DNA of 63,186 bases, counting the filler, from Chiloscyllium plagiosum (lineage: Eukaryota), in NCBI RefSeq assembly GCF_004010195.1. It is 5 parts of one record of this genome, joined end to end, with 100 filler letters (N's around TTAATTAATTAA, not from the genome) between each part and the next. Parts side by side here need not be neighbours in the genome. Positions count along the whole stretch, not along the records: positions 11,822 to 35,566 come from NC_057716.1; 4 more parts are not named here. One strand, written 5' to 3'. Shown in pieces: positions 11,822 through 22,660 of this stretch; position 1 is the stretch's first letter; every line of letters begins with the position of its first letter. A program made the translations under genes and the position numbers. Under the pieces are notes generated by a model. That model saw nothing but the letters and a program-made list of their open reading frames with translations. It did no database searches and was not told where the DNA came from.

Positions 11822-13069
11822 CACTGCTTGATTAGGGGCAGCCAGCACGGATTTGTGAAGGGTAGTTCTTGCCTTACAAGTCTTATTGAATTCTTTGAGG
11901 AGGTGACCAAGCATGTGGATGAGGGTAGAGCAGTGGATGTAGTATACATGGATTTTAGTAAGGCATTTGATAAGGTTCCCCATAGCAGTTTTATGCGGAA
12001 AGTCAGGAGGCATGGGATAGAGGGAAATTTGGCCAGTTGGATAGAAAACTGGCTAACCGGTCGAAGTCAGAGAGTGGTGGTAGATGATAAATATTCAGCC
12101 TGGAGCCCAGTTATAAGTGGAGTTCCGCAGGGATCAGTTCTGGGTCTTCTGCTGTTTGTAATTTTTATTAATGACTTGGATGAGAAGGTCGAAGGGTGGG
12201 TCAGTAAATTTGCAGATGATATGAAGATTGGTAGAGTTGTGGATAGTGAGGAGGGCTGTTGTCAGCTGCAAAGAGACTTAGATATGATGCAGAGCTGGAC
12301 TGAGGAGTGGCAGATGGAGTTCAACCCTGTCACGTTTGAGGTTGTCTATTTTGGAAGGACAAATAAGAATGCGGAATACAGGGTTAACGGTAGGGTTCTT
12401 AGTAAGGTGGAGGAGCAGAGAGATCTTGGGGTCTATGTTCATAGATCTTTGAAAGTTGCCACTCAGGTGGATAGAGCTTGTAAGAAGGCCTATGGTGTAT
12501 TAGCGTTCATTAGCAGAGGGATTGAATTCAAGAGTCGTGAAGTGATGTTGTAGCTGTACAGGGGTTAGGCCACATTTGGAGTACTGTGTGCAGTTCTGAT
12601 CACCTCACTTTAGGAAAGATGTGGAAGCTTTGGAGAGGGTGCAGAGAAGATTTACCAGGACGTTTCCTGGAATGGAGAATAGGTCGTACGAGGATAGGTA
12701 GAGAGTGCTAGGCCTTTTCTCATTGGAACGGCGAAGGATGAGGGGTGACTTGATAGAGGTTTATAAGATGATCAGGGGAATAGATAGAGTAGACAGTCAG
12801 AGACTTTTTCCCCGGGTACAAGGGGACATAAATTTAAGGTGAAGGGTGGAAGGTATGGGGGTGATGTCAGGGGTAGGTTCTTTACCCAGAGAGTGGTGGG
12901 GACATGGAATGCGCTGCCTGTGGGAGTGGCAGAATCAGAATCATTGGTGATATTTAAGCGGCAATTGGATAGGTACATGGATGGGTACTTAAGCTAGGAC
13001 AAATGTTCGGCACAACATCGTGGGCCGAAGGGCCTGTTCTGTGCTGTATTATTCTATGTTCTATGTTCT
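11822..13069 (+). mobile_element. Young CR1 LINE 3' portion (RT and 3' UTR)
   Basis: ORF 11828-12553 with [30 protein letters not shown]; (TATGTTC)n tail. Confidence 0.95.
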
Positions 13070-14834
13070 ATGTTTGACCGAAGTATGTCACAAGTGATGG
13101 TAGAAAATCTTGCAACCAAAAAAGACAGATTCTTGTCCATTACCCTCATTTGCATGTCGGGGTCCGCCAGCCCACATGTCCCTGAGTCCTCGGGCCCCGT
13201 CAATATTCATACCCCTGCCCTTCCAGCATGGTTTGGGGGTACTGACCTTGCACTGGGACTGCAGCTGCATTTGGGACTTGTTAAGGCTGGGCAGCCTGTT
13301 GAGAAGGAGGCTGACTTGAGCGGACATACTGTCCTCGGATCGATCCCTGGCCTCCCTGGGCTCCCCACAGCGTGGGACAATCTCTTCTCCAATGCCCGGG
13401 TTGGCCACATCTAAAACAGGTGTTGGGTGGCTGACCTCTGAATCCTCCGCGGCCCCTTCCTCTACCACGCATTCCTCCTGCTACGCCTATAGGCCTGCCC
13501 CCATAGTGGGGGTGGTGTGGCATCCAATCAGGTGTTGGGTCTAGACTCGGGATGTTGTTTTGTGGCGACGGCTGCTAAACCATTTGATTAGTCGTCTTTT
13601 GGGAGGCCTTCTTTGTATCATTAGCCTTCCTTCTAGCCTCATCGAGCTGTAACTTCAGCAACTGCACTTGAGCTGACTCGTTGCTCTGTTTATCTTCATC
13701 CTGTTTTGTCCTGTGGCGCTTCATGTGGTGCGTCAAGTGTTTTTCCCACTGTTCTGTAGAACAACCTGGGATGTCGGGATTACTCTCCATTGTTTCTTTT
13801 ACTTCCTTAGGCATCCCTGCCATAACAGCATTTCTAAATAACGTGGTCTGTAGCTGATCCGACCCTGGATGGCTCCCCGCAGTATCTGTCCGCGTGCCCT
13901 TACATCTGGCCAAAAAGGCAGGCATATCCTCACCCTCTTTCATTGTGAAGGTGAGTGAGTGCATCGCTTCCGGTGAAATCGGAAATCTATCCCTCATTGC
14001 CCTTCCCACACAGGTGACATGCTGCGTGAACGGGTCTGAATCAGGTAGTAAGGTGGTCCCCACAGAGGTTTCAATCTGCTATATTTCCCACATACTCAAT
14101 TGTTTGCTCAACAATGCTCTCCAGTCACCCATAGCTAACTTGTGGTCTAGTGTATATTGGCAAAATTTTGTCATCCAGGGCCCATCGCCCTCCGTGGGTG
14201 GGGCATTTTATCTAGGCTGCAGTTCATGTCAGTAAATGTAAAGGACTGATAAACATCCCCCATATCCGAGCCTCTGTAAATTAATGGCATTTGGTGGTGC
14301 TGATGCTTTATGGGTTGTCGTAATGTGTCTCTTTGATGCAGGTTATATCTTGTTTCAGGTAGGGGCTTCAGTGGAGGGCCGTGTTCCGTGTGCATTGTGA
14401 GTGAGCCTGTCAAAGTGACGGGGTAGGTGTGTGGGTCATCATCTGTCAGGGATTCTTCGTCCTCAATTTCCGTACTATTTTGAGACCACACTCTTTATCA
14501 AATTCCCCTCCATTTTATGTGTTTTTTTTTGTTTTTAATCCTCCCGTCCAGTAGTCAGTTGGTTTGGATGTAATATAACCGAGCAACCAACCCAATCAGA
14601 GACAAATCTATTGGCCAGTCAGTTTGTATGGAGAACACCCGAGAAACTGACCCTTTCAGTGAGAATTATCAGCAGTTTCGTTGTCACCATTAGGTTTCCA
14701 CTGCTGACTCTCTCTCGCTGAGACACCACCGTCTTTGTCTCCGAGACACTACTGGCTTTTCTGTCTCCCTCCGTACATTCCCCAATATAATTTAGAAACT
14801 TACAACACATCAATCATAAACCAAAATTTATGAG

Positions 14835-15110
14835 CGTTGCTTTTATGAGATCCTGCTCAATGGACTTTAAACCTCCTCACACTTACGTACCTTGTTGCTT
14901 CTATGAGGACTCTAACCCCACGGGACTTTAAACCTGTACGTATTAAACTTTGTTGCTTTTATGGGGACTCTAACCCCATGGGACTTTAAACCCGTACGTA
15001 CCTTGTTGCTTTTATGGGCACTCTCACCCCACTGGGCTTTAAATCCGTACGTACCTTGTTGCTTTAATGGGGACTCTAACCCCACGGGACTTTAAACCCG
15101 TACGTATTAA
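14835..15110. repeat. Tandem repeat (about 55-65 bp, about 5 copies) in ERV leader
   Basis: Unit CGTACCTTGTTGCTTTTATGGGGACTCTAACCCCACGGGACTTTAAACCCGTA. Confidence 0.9.
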
Positions 15111-15308
15111 ATCAATACTTTATCCACTTACTATTACTAGGACACTTGCAGTATAATGAAAACAATCAATTTAGTATCTCCAATTGCAGAACTTCGATAT
15201 AATCAGGTGTCTGTTCACCTTTATATGCGGTGCCACTTGTTGTTGTCTTCAGACGTCAGTTGTCCGTTGTTTCTATTTTTCTCTCTTTTCCGTCACTTCT
15301 CCGTCTTC

Positions 15309-15326
15309 ATCAAGTCGGGGTCACCA
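15309..15326 (-). promoter_or_regulatory. Primer-binding site complementary to tRNA-Trp
   Basis: Minus strand TGGTGACCCCGACTTGAT, 17/18 to vertebrate tRNA-Trp PBS TGGTGACCCCGACGTGAT. Confidence 0.9.
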
Positions 15327-15392
15327 AATTGTTGGACTTTGGCTCAATCTACCAGCTTACTTTCCTCTATGTGTGAGCTGAGTCCTGCGTGT

Positions 15393-15707
15393 TTAGATTA
15401 GATTAGATGAGATTATTTACAGTGTGGAAACAGGCCCTTCGGCCCAACAAGTCCACACCGACCCGCCGAAGCGCAACCCACCCAGACCCATTCCCCTACA
15501 TTTACCCCTGCACCTAACACTACGGGCAATTTAGCATGGCCAATTCACCTGACCGGCACATTTTTGGACTGTGGGATGAAACCGGAGCACCTGGAGGAAA
15601 CCCACGCAAACACAGGGAGAATGTGCAAACTCCACACAGTCAGTCACCCGAGGCGGGAATTGAACCTGGGTCTCTGGCGCTGTGAGGCAGCAGTGCTAAC
15701 CACCGTG
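15393..15707 (-). mobile_element. V-SINE (HE1-like) inserted in ERV LTR
   Basis: Reverse complement of the 6568-6886 element; (GATTA)n tail. Confidence 0.93.
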
Positions 15708-15942
15708 TTCTTTCAATGAAGCAATAGGAGAAGATATTCGGTCTCAAACTCTTAGTTTATTTTGGCAGTAAGTGGATAAAGTATACAGAGCTCTGGGTCT
15801 AGGACTTCCCATCCTTGACAAACAGCAAAGTGTGTCAGTTCACGAAGTCCGACGCATTCCTGTCCCTGACCCAGTTTTTTATACAGTACAGAACGTCATG
15901 CAATCACTGAGGTGGGGTTGTCTTCTGATTGGCTGTTGATCT

Positions 15943-16131
15943 ACATAGAACATAGAACATAGAACATAGAAGAATACAGCGCAGTACAGGCCCTTTGGCC
16001 CTCGATGTTGCACCGATCCAAGCCCCCCTAACCTATACTAACCCACTATCCTCCATATACCTATCCAATGCCCGCTTAAATGCCCATAAAGAGGGAGAGT
16101 CCACCACTGCTACTGGCAGGGCATTCCATGA
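15943..16131 (-). mobile_element. CR1 3' end fragment
   Basis: (CATAGAA)n tail and CR1 3' UTR. Confidence 0.85.
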
Positions 16132-16559
16132 ACGATATGAATGGTAATGACATTACACAACTAGACATATACAATGAATATTTATTTAAATGCCATACCC
16201 TGCCAAATGTAACAATATCTCCAGACTGATTAAACACCACATCTCTAAATCTCAGATCCCAACCATTGTATCACTCTGGGCTCATACCTGACTTTCAAGA
16301 GCACACTCTTAAGCATTTAACACTGTTGCAAACCACACAGTCAGGTCTTACAGTGCACACACACACTATCAGCTATTCAACTATTTTGACCAGATTACAT
16401 GGTACTCTTTGGGGATCTTCACTCTCTCCTTCAGGACACGATGTGCACATCCATAGGCTGCAGGAGATATCCTGAGGGTCATAGGTACAGCTGGATTTCC
16501 TTATTCCCACAGAGGAGATGGTGCTCAGCACCTTGCTGCAGTCATAGCTAATAGCCAAC

Positions 16560-18100
16560 ACTGAAATCATTGAAGGTGGCACTGTTATTAAACCTAACTC
16601 TCTTTCTCACACTCCACCCACCACAACCCACGTCCCTACCTTCCCCTTCCTGTATCACCTTCAAGGACAGTGCTGCCAGAAATGGGTTCTCCAAGTTTCC
16701 TCTTCCCGTCCTCCAGCTGCTCCCTCCACACGTCCTGTTCCTCCTCTCCCTCTTCATCCTCTTGAGGCGCTCATTGTTGAGCAGGGCTGTCTTTTAATGT
16801 TAATGCGTTTGCCTAGCATGTCCAGCCTCATTCCTGATGAAGGGCATATGCCCGAAACATCGATACTCCTGCTCCTCAGATGCTGCCTGACCGGCTGTGC
16901 TTTTCCAGCAACACACTCTTCGACTCTGATCTCCAGCATCTGCCGTGCTCACTTTCTCCTTGCGTGCAGCAGACTGAGATAAATTCTGACTCCTGCTCTG
17001 CCAAGAATACAACGGGGCTCCCCAAGAGGTCTTGACATGTTGTATCAATGCAGCAATGATCTTCCCTAACACACTTGGCATCAAAGCATGACTTTCATTA
17101 TGTACACACTATGAATTTGTGCATGGTTTGTGTACAAGAGCCATTAAGCTTGTTGTCCAGCAGTCACCCTAAGGCTTGTGAGTGGTTCAAATGTCCCTGG
17201 AACATCAGACAGCTGCAGAATGAAAGCAACATAACAGATGCCAAGATAGAATTAGAATGAGGCTTTACCGTCATGTGTACTTACACGGAGGGATACAGGA
17301 GTACACTGAAACATTTACAATGTCGCCAGTCCTGGCACCATCTTAGATATAGGCACCTAGCTGCAAAATCTTAGGTAAAATGTAGAAAAACAAAGAAATA
17401 AGTTAAAATAAATTAAAAGTTTGACTTTACAGTCCTTCTCAGTCTAAAGTAGTAATAAAATTTAAAGTTTGAAATTAGAGTCCTTCATTGATCTGTTTCC
17501 ATTCACTACCTGTTGTCATACAGCAGTTGGATGTTAATGGTGTGGACTCCCCGCCCAGTCTCCAGCTGCCAGAGTGATTGGCAGTTGCAGAGTGAGGTGA
17601 GTACAGTCAATAGCACTTTGCCCCATTGAGATACCTGTACCCCAGCAAAGCTGCCAGCATGCTCATCTCCTTGGTAATGCTGTTATTGAGGAGCCCACGT
17701 CAATGACTGCCCTGTACAACAGTGGGAGACAGACACTGAGATGTTAGAAATATCCTGGAGACAATCAAATGCATAAAGCATTCATTGCAGCAGTCACCCT
17801 CACAACCAGAAGCAATTGAGTCTTTACCCTGCTCGGAGGCTGCAGTTGAAGTTGGGGAAAGTGGAGCTCACAGTGGTCCTTCTTACTGAAAGTTCAGATA
17901 TCTCCTACCCTGATCCTCATTGGGTTTTCAGTTAGAGACATTCTCCTGAACAGGCTGGGGAGTATATTGTCTCCTTCCCACTGCCCTCTAGAAGCTCGTT
18001 CAGTTCTGGCTGCTTATTACTCGTTCTCCAAGTCCCAGTGTATTTCAATGGAAAAGCTCAGCGTGTGCCCATGTAAAGAAGTTTGTGCAGATGCTTTGAG
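16560..18100 (-). pseudogene. Decayed PIF/Harbinger (HARBI1-like) DDE transposase
   Basis: Minus-strand motifs in correct order: VRVTAAMN (about 17790-17805), QSAIDCTHL (about 17595-17620), GVHTINIQL, LMALVHKP..HNESHA..GAPLYS (about 17000-17150). Confidence 0.75.
16823..16960 (+). mobile_element. Penelope-like terminal fragment with hammerhead core (16834-16861)
   Basis: CTGATGA-A-GGGC-ATAT-GCCC-GAAACATC followed by the same tail as 4511-4606. Confidence 0.85.
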
Positions 18101-18289
18101 TTTATTCAGCACCAGCTACAACACCCCTGGTGGACTTTAGCAAGCCTTGAACAAAGATTTTAAAACTCACCAACAGTTGAAGAAGTAGTCAAACAAAATC
18201 AAACAGTAACCAACTTGGAAGTAGTTGGTGTTCCCCTTAGACACCTGCTTGGAAGGTGCATGTGTGAAGATGATGGGCTGATGGCCTCT

Positions 18290-18408
18290 TAACATTGGAA
18301 ATAGGAACAGAAGTAGCCATTCGGCCCCTCGAGTCTTCTCTCCCATTCAATAGGATTATGGCTGATCCAGCATTCCTCACGTCTACCATCCTGTCCTTTC
18401 CCCATAAC
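18290..18408 (-). mobile_element. CR1 3' tail fragment
   Basis: AGGAACAGAAGTAGCCATTCGGCCCCTCGAG..CCATTCAAT..GGCTGATC. Confidence 0.7.
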
Positions 18409-19729
18409 GAGGGCATTAGCTAGAACATTGAGCTGTGAACTGGCACTGTTGGCGTGGAATGTCCAGGCTGTGTGCTGTTTGATGTCATTGATTTGTGTGT
18501 CCATTTAAGGTTGTGCACTCTAACATGCCCACCAACATGGCGGGCAGTATGACTCACTGTAAAAATGTGTGTGGACACCATTTCCGAACTCTGAGAGCTT
18601 TGTTGCCCTGAACTTTGATCTAAATTGCTATCGGTTAGAAGAACAAATTTTCCTTATCTTACAGTTCGATAAGAATTTACTCGAAACAGGGAGATAGCAC
18701 AATCACCAAACAAACTGATAGCTTAGTTCATGCCAGAGACTGGCATCTGGTTTGAAGAGAGTTTGTGAAATTCTGTGACAGAATAAAATGCCGCAGAAGA
18801 CATTTTCAACTTTCAGTTCTGGATGTTTTTAAAGTAGACCATAGAAATGTTTAAATTGCTGCCTCTTTTTTCAACAATCTGTGAGACAGTCTTGTGAGCT
18901 GTTTAAAGCAACGTGTACATGACATTGGACAGAGATCCATCAAAGTTAGAGATGTCAGTGTTGGCAACAATGAAATTCCATAAATGTAAGAATGCGGGGG
19001 ATTGGTTGTTGTTCAGGTTGCCTGCAGAGCTGCTCCGTTTCTTAGCGGCTGCACTTGTTTTGTGAAAAGACCTGATGGATTTTCATGGAGCCATGAACAG
19101 AACAGTGAGCACAGGCTCATTTGTGTCATTCTGTTTGCGGCAATGAAGCCTGACGAGTGGTCAAATGTTTACAGATAGCCAGCCGTCTGTTGCCCTACAA
19201 AGCAGTTCCCTGCCCCAGGACATGAAGTCCTGAACATACACGGACACAGAGCAGTGTACAGACAGACCCTCCACTGCGGTCCCCATTGCAGCTGTGCATA
19301 CAGGGGACAAACTGGAGGAATTTGTTTCCATTCTGTAGTTGCTCATGAAGCATTAGTACACGGCCACGCTTGTTGCTATGTTTTATAATAACATGGTTCC
19401 ACATACTGGCATTAAATCTAATAATCCTGATGATGATATTGACAATGAAGGATGTACTGCACCAATGTTTATTTCAGACGACAAGATGTTAGTTGAGAAA
19501 ATTACAAAATGCAAGTCTGTGCCGGAGTTTCATGGTTAAAATATTCCAAACGTGAGTTTCAAATCTGACATAGTTGGGCTATTTCAGATTAATTCAAAGA
19601 TTGGGTGACTTAACGCAGAATATTTTAATGTTTTGGACCAACTGGAAGAGCTGAGAGCTCAGTGAGGAAGTCCACACAGGGGATCGGATGTTCCTGCGTA
19701 GAAGTCAGTGATAACCAGCAGATGGTGAA

Positions 19730-20520
19730 GGAGTCCCTATTCCTTGAATCTCTATCACGTGGCACGGGTAACAAACCAGAGACAACAACTCTGTTCGTTC
19801 TATCTCTGAGCTTCCAACCTAGCTCCCTGAATGCCTGTCTAACATCCTCGGCACTCCTCCTACCTATGTCGTTGTTGCCAATATGGACCACGACTTCGGG
19901 CTGCTCCCCCTCCCCCTCCAGGACCCGGAAAACACGATCAGAGACATCACGTACCCTTGCACCTGGGAGGCAACATACCAAACGTGAGTCTCTCCTTCGC
20001 GCTTTTAAAGGGGGAAAAAAACCTACCCAGGTAAGCTTACACTAACTGCTTCCGGGTCTCGGCTGCCCCTCTGGTCGTCGTCACTTCCCCCTGGTGCTCC
20101 CGCTCTTTCTGTGAAGAGAGAGTGAAAGAGAAATTCCTTCGCGCTTTTAAAGGGGGAAAAAAACCTACCCAGGTAAGCTTACACTAACTGCTTCCGGGTC
20201 CCGGCTGCCCCTCTGGTCGTTGTCACTTCCCCCTGGTGCTCCCGCTCTTTCTGTGAAGAGAGAGTGAAAGAGAAATTCCTTCGCGCTTTTAAAGGGGGAA
20301 AAAAACCTACCCAGGTAAGCTTACACTAACTGCTTCCGGGTCTCGGCTGCCCCTCTGGTCGTCGTCACTTCCCCCTGGTGCTCCCGCTCTTTCTGTGAAG
20401 AGAGAGTGAAAGAGAAAAAAAAACACCGCTGCCCGCTACCGGTAAGCACTTTTAAAACCAAACGGTCTTACCTTCGCTGCTGCTCGCACTGGAAATCTGA
20501 TTCCACTCTCCGCCCCCTCG
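19730..20520 (-). mobile_element. CR1 5' UTR and ORF1 esterase fragment (internally deleted)
   Basis: ORF 19625-19981 VCCLPGARVRDV..VVVHIGNNDIG..VVVSGLLPVP; CpG-rich 5' UTR. Confidence 0.85.
19994..20417. repeat. Near-identical 142-bp tandem triplication in CR1 5' UTR
   Basis: Units start at 19994, 20136 and 20278. Confidence 0.95.
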
Positions 20521-20540
20521 CATTCCCGTATGTCTAACCC

Positions 20541-20672
20541 CATGTGACCTCCCTCTGCCTGCGAAACAGAGCACCACATGACCTCCTCTTGCGCGTGAAA
20601 CAGAGCACCATGTGACCTCCTCTTGCGCGCGAAACAGAGCACCATGTGACCTCCTCTTGCGCGCAAAACAGA
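20541..20672. repeat. 34-bp tandem repeat, 4 copies, with E-box and E2F-like motifs
   Basis: CATGTGACCTCCTCTTGCGCGCGAAACAGAGCAC-type units at 20541, 20575, 20609 and 20643. Confidence 0.92.
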
Positions 20673-21198
20673 TACATCATCAAAGGCTTCTGAATGCCGT
20701 GTGGACGAAGCCATATATTTACAATACCATCATCCCTTTAATGGTTTCAGCCCTGCCATTGATCATAGCCATAACTGTATCAATGATTACCCTTCTGTGC
20801 TGATGAGGACATGCATCAATGTGTCACCCATTGATCTGGTGCTGCTGCCTTTGGCTTTGCACCACTGTCTCCTGCAAGTGTGTTATGGATGTGATGAAAT
20901 CTCTTTGGCTGATGGGGTTGTCATGAATGAATAGCTGTTGGGACATGTATAGTGCTGGATGTGGGTGTGAAATGTGCAGCAGTGCTAAGTTTAAGAGAGT
21001 GCAGTGAAGTTTTTAATGTTAGGTATGAGCAGGGATTATTGGGGATTATTGGTAGTTAAGTGAATGAATGATATCATAATGGCCAATGTCTGAGGCTACT
21101 GGTGAGGTTGATGAAATTCCTGGCCTTGAGCATTCATGTAGAGACATTAAACATCTTCTGGCACCCACTCAGGGCTAGTGTACTGGCATTAACTGCTA

Positions 21199-21687
21199 TT
21201 GTGGGGAAATTCACCAGCCTCGGAGTCAGAGTCAGGGTTCATTGACAGACTTTATTGTATAAGGAAATACTGGAGCTCTGGGGAGAGAAAGACATTCAGT
21301 TTCAATGTCTGCGTGGAAGCCAATTGCTGTAGTAATAGGCGCTAATCATTCTTCCTGGGAAGTTATAGCCCTGCCTATTAGCACTTCGTATTGCGTCCAT
21401 ATCAAACTGTTAGCATTTCTATCAAAGGTATTGGCTGGACCCAGACACTTCGGTGGGCAGTGTTCGTTACTCATGCATATTCTCTCTCCCACCCGCCTTA
21501 AACTAATCGACTAGGTTGTGAGTGCATTCTGGTGGCCCCAGGCAGTGTCTGTATTTGTTCTGCTGTCTCTCGCCATGTTGTGGTCCGATGGCCATCTTGT
21601 GTGTCAAGAGGCCAACGTATGGCTCAGTGGCCATCTTGTGTGTCTATGTGCCTTGCGTCACCCTACCCTATGCCATCTCCCACTTCA
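21199..21687 (-). repeat. 3' LTR of PBS-Ser ERV
   Basis: Homologous to 26832-27548; preceded on the minus strand by PPT AAAGGGGGAG (21688-21697). Confidence 0.88.
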
Positions 21688-21699
21688 CTCCCCCTTTGT

Positions 21700-22640
21700 G
21701 GTCAAGGAGATGACTTCAGAGATCTCCCACAGACCACCCAATTTACATGTAGAGGTAGGTCATCTCCAGGAGCTCCTCTGAGGGGTATCATGAAGTGCCA
21801 ATTTTGTTGGGTGCTCTTCATGGTGACACTCGCTGCTGGCACAGTTCTCATCTGTAGCGCCTTACAGCAGAGCTTTAAACACCTGAGGCCCACACAGAAT
21901 ACCAGTATGAGTGCAATGAGGAGAACTATCCTGTGTGCCGAATAGAGTCCCCAAGACTAATCAACCAATTTAGCCAGCTGTCTGTAATTGTGGCTCCCTG
22001 ATGAAAATTATCTAGCTTGCCTCAGACATTCTTGATGACTTCTGTAATGTTATGAGTCATCAATAATATGGATGATACAATTGTCACTAATAATTGTACA
22101 AACTCCTCCTTGCTGTGCTAATTGATAATCCACCGCATAACATGTCTGCTGTGTGTAGAGTCTGAGTTCAGCCAGCTCTGTATTATTTGTTTCCAGAACT
22201 TCCAAAGTATTATTGCCTAAGATAGTCAGGCCACATACAAGTTAATTTCAGTTTTTAGTGCTAATGACTCCTGCTGCACTCCCCAAAGATAGAGATCCCA
22301 AGAATCCATATCCCGATGATGACCCCAACGTGGTGGGGACCTGCCAGTCAGCACAGAACTCCTGGCTGATGGAACAGGTCACTATCCTTCTCCAAACATG
22401 TCCCCCACTGGGGCATGGTAGAATAAGGGGTGCAATTGTCCTTACTGCGAGCAGGTTTGGAAGATCTGGGGTGTCTGTCGCATAAGTCCCCTTAAATAGA
22501 AAAGCAAATCCCTTCGTCGCTCGGTAACAGACATTACCCTGTCCTTCCATCTGTCTGTCCACCCATGTTGACCCTGATTCCCCAGGTAGCCCCCACCTCG
22601 GGATTTCCTCCTCCAGTAATATTCTGGCGGTCGTAGTGCA
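21700..22640 (-). pseudogene. env: env remnant, gamma-type TM subunit
   Basis: Fusion-peptide-like GYGFLGSLSLGSAAGV; heptad LGNNTLEVLETNNTELAELRLY; ISD-like QQTCYAVDYQLAQQGGVC..C. Confidence 0.8.
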
Positions 22641-22660
22641 GCTTTTGGTTGGGAATGCCT

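Larger units (their letters stand above)
13070..15942 (-). mobile_element. Defective class-I-like (epsilon/gamma-related) ERV: partial 5' LTR, PBS-Trp, repeat-rich leader, gag, start of pro
   Basis: LTR boundary at 15330; PBS 15309-15326; capsid-like ORF 13575-14063; Zn knuckle CFRCGQPGHWRRDC (about 13375-13416); gag stop TGA at 13200-13202; protease remnant FLV-ARFSTI truncated by CR1. Confidence 0.85.

Noticed and set aside
14835..15110. CRISPR-like array (also considered for 20541-20672)
   Set aside because: Head-to-tail tandem repeats without unique spacers, no cas genes, vertebrate retroelement context
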